DNA of 63,002 bases, filler included. It is 13 parts of 13 records of this genome, joined end to end, with 100 filler letters (N's around TTAATTAATTAA, not from the genome) between each part and the next. Parts side by side here need not be neighbours in the genome. Positions count along the whole stretch, not along the records: positions 59,450 to 63,002 come from SRR15195285_5465; 12 more parts are not named here. One strand, written 5' to 3'. Shown one piece after another: positions 59,451-63,002 of the stretch. Position numbers and translations under genes: made by a program. The notes below the pieces were generated by a model that saw only the letters and a program-made list of their open reading frames with translations, had not been told where the DNA came from and ran no database searches. The stretch's first letter is position 1. Each line of letters opens with the position of its first letter.

Positions 59451-61001
59451 TGCTGCTGCTCCTGCTTCTGCTGCTGCTGCTGCTGGGCTCTATGCTGCTG
59501 CATATACTGCTCTATCGTGCCGTATGCTGCACGACGTGCTGTAACTATGGTTTCGGCGGACATTCAATTCGTCGGTGCGCAGTTTGGGTCGGCTATGGTA
59601 TCTCCGTGGTGCGCCATCATCGCTGTGGGTGGCTGCCGTGAAATCTATGCGCTGAAGTACCACGTGGATGTGGGTGTCGTGGGGACGCTGCACGTGCTGC
59701 ACGGCTGTCTGGAAATACTGTTCAGCCTGGCCATCGGCTATATGCAGGACAAGGAGAAATTTGTCTTCGCTTGCTTCAACAAGGAGCGCTGGGGGCGGCG
59801 AGCACCCTGGCTGCTGTGGCACTGCCCACTGATGGCTGTGGCCATGTATTGTAGCTGGGCTCCACCATCGCTGGAAAAGAACTTCCTCGCAGGATGGTAT
59901 TTTGTGGTCGTGGCCTTGGGCATGTGGTCATGGGAACAAATTCTCATTGCCACGCAGGCCGGCACTGTCGAATGTTACCCGTACAAAGAGGAGCGTGTGG
60001 TGGTCGAGGCGTGCAACGTTGCGTTCACGGCGGCGGGGGTGTCAATAGCGGTGGTACTCATCGCTGTCGCTTTTCAGTTCGAGCTCAGCGAGCACCCAGA
60101 GATACGTACTGTCCTTGGAGCAACTTGCAGCGGTATTGGATTGCTGTCGCTACCATCTGCGTTTGCGTTGCGGGACGCCCGACAGCTCAGTAACGCTAGG
60201 GCAGTCCCGGCATTTCTGGACTCTATACAAGAGGTAATGCAGAACTCAGCGTTTCGGTGGTTGGCGGCAGAAAACGTGGTATCAGGGATCGCCGGTGGTA
60301 CTTTGACCTCGTTCTTCCTCTATTATTTTACGTTTGTCTGTAGGTTGACGGATAGCGATATCTCAATCTTTGTCGTTGCTATCCCGGTGTTGGGCTTAGT
60401 CATGCAGAGCGTGTGTGCTGTATTCTGGGGTAAGTTCTTTGCATCTAAACGGCGCACACCACGAGGCTGGACTGTCGTCGGACGCGTGCTGGACGCTGCG
60501 GCATCTTTTGCCATCATTCTGAACAGCACATCGATCGAAAGTTTCTTGCTGTGGTTTTGCGTCAACCGTGTCGCACAATCACCGCGCTCCTTCTGGAGCA
60601 TATCCGCTCGTTCGTGGGTGATCGATGAAGATGCTCACCGTGTGGAGGGTCGGCGACGCGAGTCGGTGTTCACGGGGGTAGCCTCAGCGATCGGTAAAGT
60701 GGCAACCCTGCTTGGTTCAGCGCTCATCGCTGGACAGGCGCTCGCGGGAATCGACACAACGCGCGATCGTACTTTCGAGCAGCCAGCAGCCGGTATCTTA
60801 TATATCCGGTGCATGTACATGGTTGTACTGCCTGTGCTATATCTTCTCCAGGCCTACTGCATTTGGCAGTTTCCAATAAAAGGTGCAAGACTGGAACGTC
60901 TAGAGGCGCAGCAGGCAAGGTTGTTTCAGGCTGTCTCCCGCGATGGTGGCACGAAAGCAAAGAAGAGGGGCGCATCGCAAAGAACTAGCCTGTATGCGTG
61001 A
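59451..61001 (+). CDS. MFS transporter, GPH/MelB (MFS_2) sugar:cation symporter family (5' truncated)
   Basis: IGYMQD...RWGRRAPWLL, PYKEER, FFLYYFTFV, WVIDEDAHRVEGRRRESVFTG, FPIKG. About 12 hydrophobic helices. Confidence 0.85.
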   Translation, partial: CCCSCFCCCCCWALCCCIYCSIVPYAARRAVTMVSADIQFVGAQFGSAMVSPWCAIIAVGGCREIYALKYHVDVGVVGTLHVLHGCLEILFSLAIGYMQDKEKFVFACFNKERWGRRAPWLLWHCPLMAVAMYCSWAPPSLEKNFLAGWYFVVVALGMWSWEQILIATQAGTVECYPYKEERVVVEACNVAFTAAGVSIAVVLIAVAFQFELSEHPEIRTVLGATCSGIGLLSLPSAFALRDARQLSNARAVPAFLDSIQEVMQNSAFRWLAAENVVSGIAGGTLTSFFLYYFTFVCRLTDSDISIFVVAIPVLGLVMQSVCAVFWGKFFASKRRTPRGWTVVGRVLDAAASFAIILNSTSIESFLLWFCVNRVAQSPRSFWSISARSWVIDEDAHRVEGRRRESVFTGVASAIGKVATLLGSALIAGQALAGIDTTRDRTFEQPAAGILYIRCMYMVVLPVLYLLQAYCIWQFPIKGARLERLEAQQARLFQAVSRDGGTKAKKRGASQRTSLYA

Positions 61002-61294
61002 CCTTCTGGATAGGTCCCTCTCAGGATGTAGCTCTCACCGTACGAGAAATGTTGCAGTGCATTTAACTGACAGGGCCGCTGGACTATTCACTCTCGGTTC
61101 TTAATACACACTGGCGTTTGATATTTTGCGCTGCGCTCCATTGCGTACTCACTCTCGCGATGGAAATATGCTGCTGGAGCGGCCCTCAGCAGATTCCCCT
61201 GTGGTTTAGCTTTTGCTCAAGTACTAGATCTACAGACGTACCTGACCAGGTACTAAGTATTCAGTGAATGTAATCTCTCTTGCTTGTAGGAAGA

Positions 61295-62694
61295 TCAGGC
61301 CATCGGCTGTGCAAGCGTCCCGTTAAGTGTAGTGATTGCCTTTCCCCGCAGCGCGACGCGCTTCTCTCCTACACTCACACCAACCACACCACCTCGCGGG
61401 CTCGCAGCATGTGCTACAAGCTCGATTTTCCCCAGCCTGGCTGCCCAATGTGGCCCAAGAAAACAGTGCGCTGAGCCACAGACGGGGTCCTGCAGGTTCC
61501 AAACCCAACACCATGCACGAGCGTTAGCGATTTCAAGCACACACTGAGACAGATAGACGACATAGCGATACGCCAACCTTCCTCACCTCGTCCACACCGA
61601 CTGCGGGGGCGTAGGATCGGGATGAGAAGTCGTACCCAGTCTGTTCGTAGTCAGACTCCTGTCAACACTCAGTCCAACAATGCCGATCATCCGCACAATG
61701 TTAGCCACTATCATGAAGACTACTCTATGAAGTTGTACACGAGCTGGGGGCTACCAGGTATAGGAATGAGACATCTACCTACCGTCGTCACGCTGAGGAC
61801 GCGGCAGTCAGTCAGCTTGCCCAAGATGCCAAAGTCGAGCTCCTGTTGCTTGAAAGCATCAGGTGTCACCTCCACAAGTATGTCCATTCGATTCCGCGTG
61901 ACGCTTAGAATTTGACCGGATGTATGCAGCCCGAGGCCATCTTGCAGCAGTCGCATGGTCTCCTCCTCGGTGGGTGATGAGTCAGTGCTGTCCTGCAGGA
62001 TGACTGCTGTCGCTGCTTCGGATGGGAAATCGAGCTGGATCGAGCCACTGTTGTCGACCCGGCTGGCAATCAGAGTTCCCGACAGTGTCTCGAAGTGAAT
62101 TGGTTGGTCCTTGTCGGTGTGTCCCGCCTCCCACAGCGCGTGCGACGATGCCAGCGTGGCGTGGCCACACAGGTCCACCTCGTCGGTAGGAGTGAACCAT
62201 CTGAGCAAAAAGTGCCCTGGAGCTGTTCGGCGGAGGAAGGCAGTCTCGCTCAGGTTCATCTCGGCCGCCACGTTCTGCATCCACTTAACGGACGGGTCTG
62301 GCGAGCTACCCACGTCGCCGATAAAGCAGACTGCCGCCGGGTTGCCAGAGAATGGGATGGGCGTCCCAGCCTCTCCAGGCTCCTACGCGTGAAGCAGCGC
62401 GGACAACCGAGGGCAGGTTAGGTCTACAAGTTGAGGGCAAGGGGGACGAGAGGCGCGTGGCATTTGGTTTAGAGTTTATAATTACAGAGCCGAGAAGTAA
62501 TGAATGTAGAAGTTCAGTAGCAGTGCGCGCAGCGCAGGACTGGGCATACAACTCCGTCTGCTCCGTATACGCACCTGCAGACAGAAGGCGTCGACAGTGG
62601 CGATCGGCTTGCAAGTGCTCGAGGTCGAGACGGTCCGGCGGCGCATTACATGTAGCCCCGCGGCTGCGTGCCTGCAGAGCGTACGAATACTCAT
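61295..62694 (-). CDS. PhzF/PBLD-family isomerase-like protein, 4 exons, possible mitochondrial presequence
   Basis: VDAF|...PFSGNPAAVC, MQNVAAEMNLSETAF, LRWFTPTDEVDLCGHATLAS, YDFSSR..P..GVDE|DPVCGSAHC, SPRGG. The N-terminus is Arg/Ser-rich with no acidic residues. Confidence 0.92.
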
Positions 62695-63002
62695 CGGCGC
62701 TGAGCCTCCTCGGTCTATATGTGTGCTGCTCCACTCTACGAAACGGGGCCCCCGGCTCGCTGATACAGTATACGTAGCGCGAGTTCTGCCGGCGCCGCGC
62801 GTGCTCGCCGTGCGTCGTCTTGTTTTTCAAAACACGATAGTAGTGTCAACTGTCATAGGATCAAATCGCAAGTGATACCATCAGTGTGTACACTACACAC
62901 ATGTTGATGAATTGAAATTGAATATTCGTACCCGGACTGTACTAGAGTAGGATCCTACAGTACGTTCGTCCGTCTGCTGCACCAGACGAGTCGATGAGAC
63001 TG

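Overview
This is not one locus. The window is 13 unrelated short contigs (about 3-9 kb) joined by 100-nt N44-TTAATTAATTAA-N44 spacers. The DNA is eukaryotic: compact and GC-rich, with GT-AG introns of about 70-220 nt (frequent GTGCG/GTACG donors) and genes for a Rab32/38-type GTPase, GPATCH1, a KIAA0930-like protein and CH, RING, EF-hand, EGF and WW domain proteins. It looks like a marine heterotrophic protist SAG/MAG. EPEPEP tracts and many bacterial-type carbohydrate genes recall Picozoa, but that is inference only. About 22 genes or gene fragments can be supported. Most interesting: (1) a TIR domain that appears circularly permuted and keeps its catalytic-position Glu; (2) an apparently active DNase II fused to a catalytically dead GH10 barrel; (3) a giant DUF1800-DUF1501 fusion with two intact F-type lectin domains and a PA14 domain inserted; (4) a protein with two copies of an unnamed domain resembling CG-1/NAC DNA-binding domains; (5) a recurrent GGGCATAA-N4-TTATGCCC palindrome at contig ends. 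All family calls come from reading motifs by eye; no database search was run.
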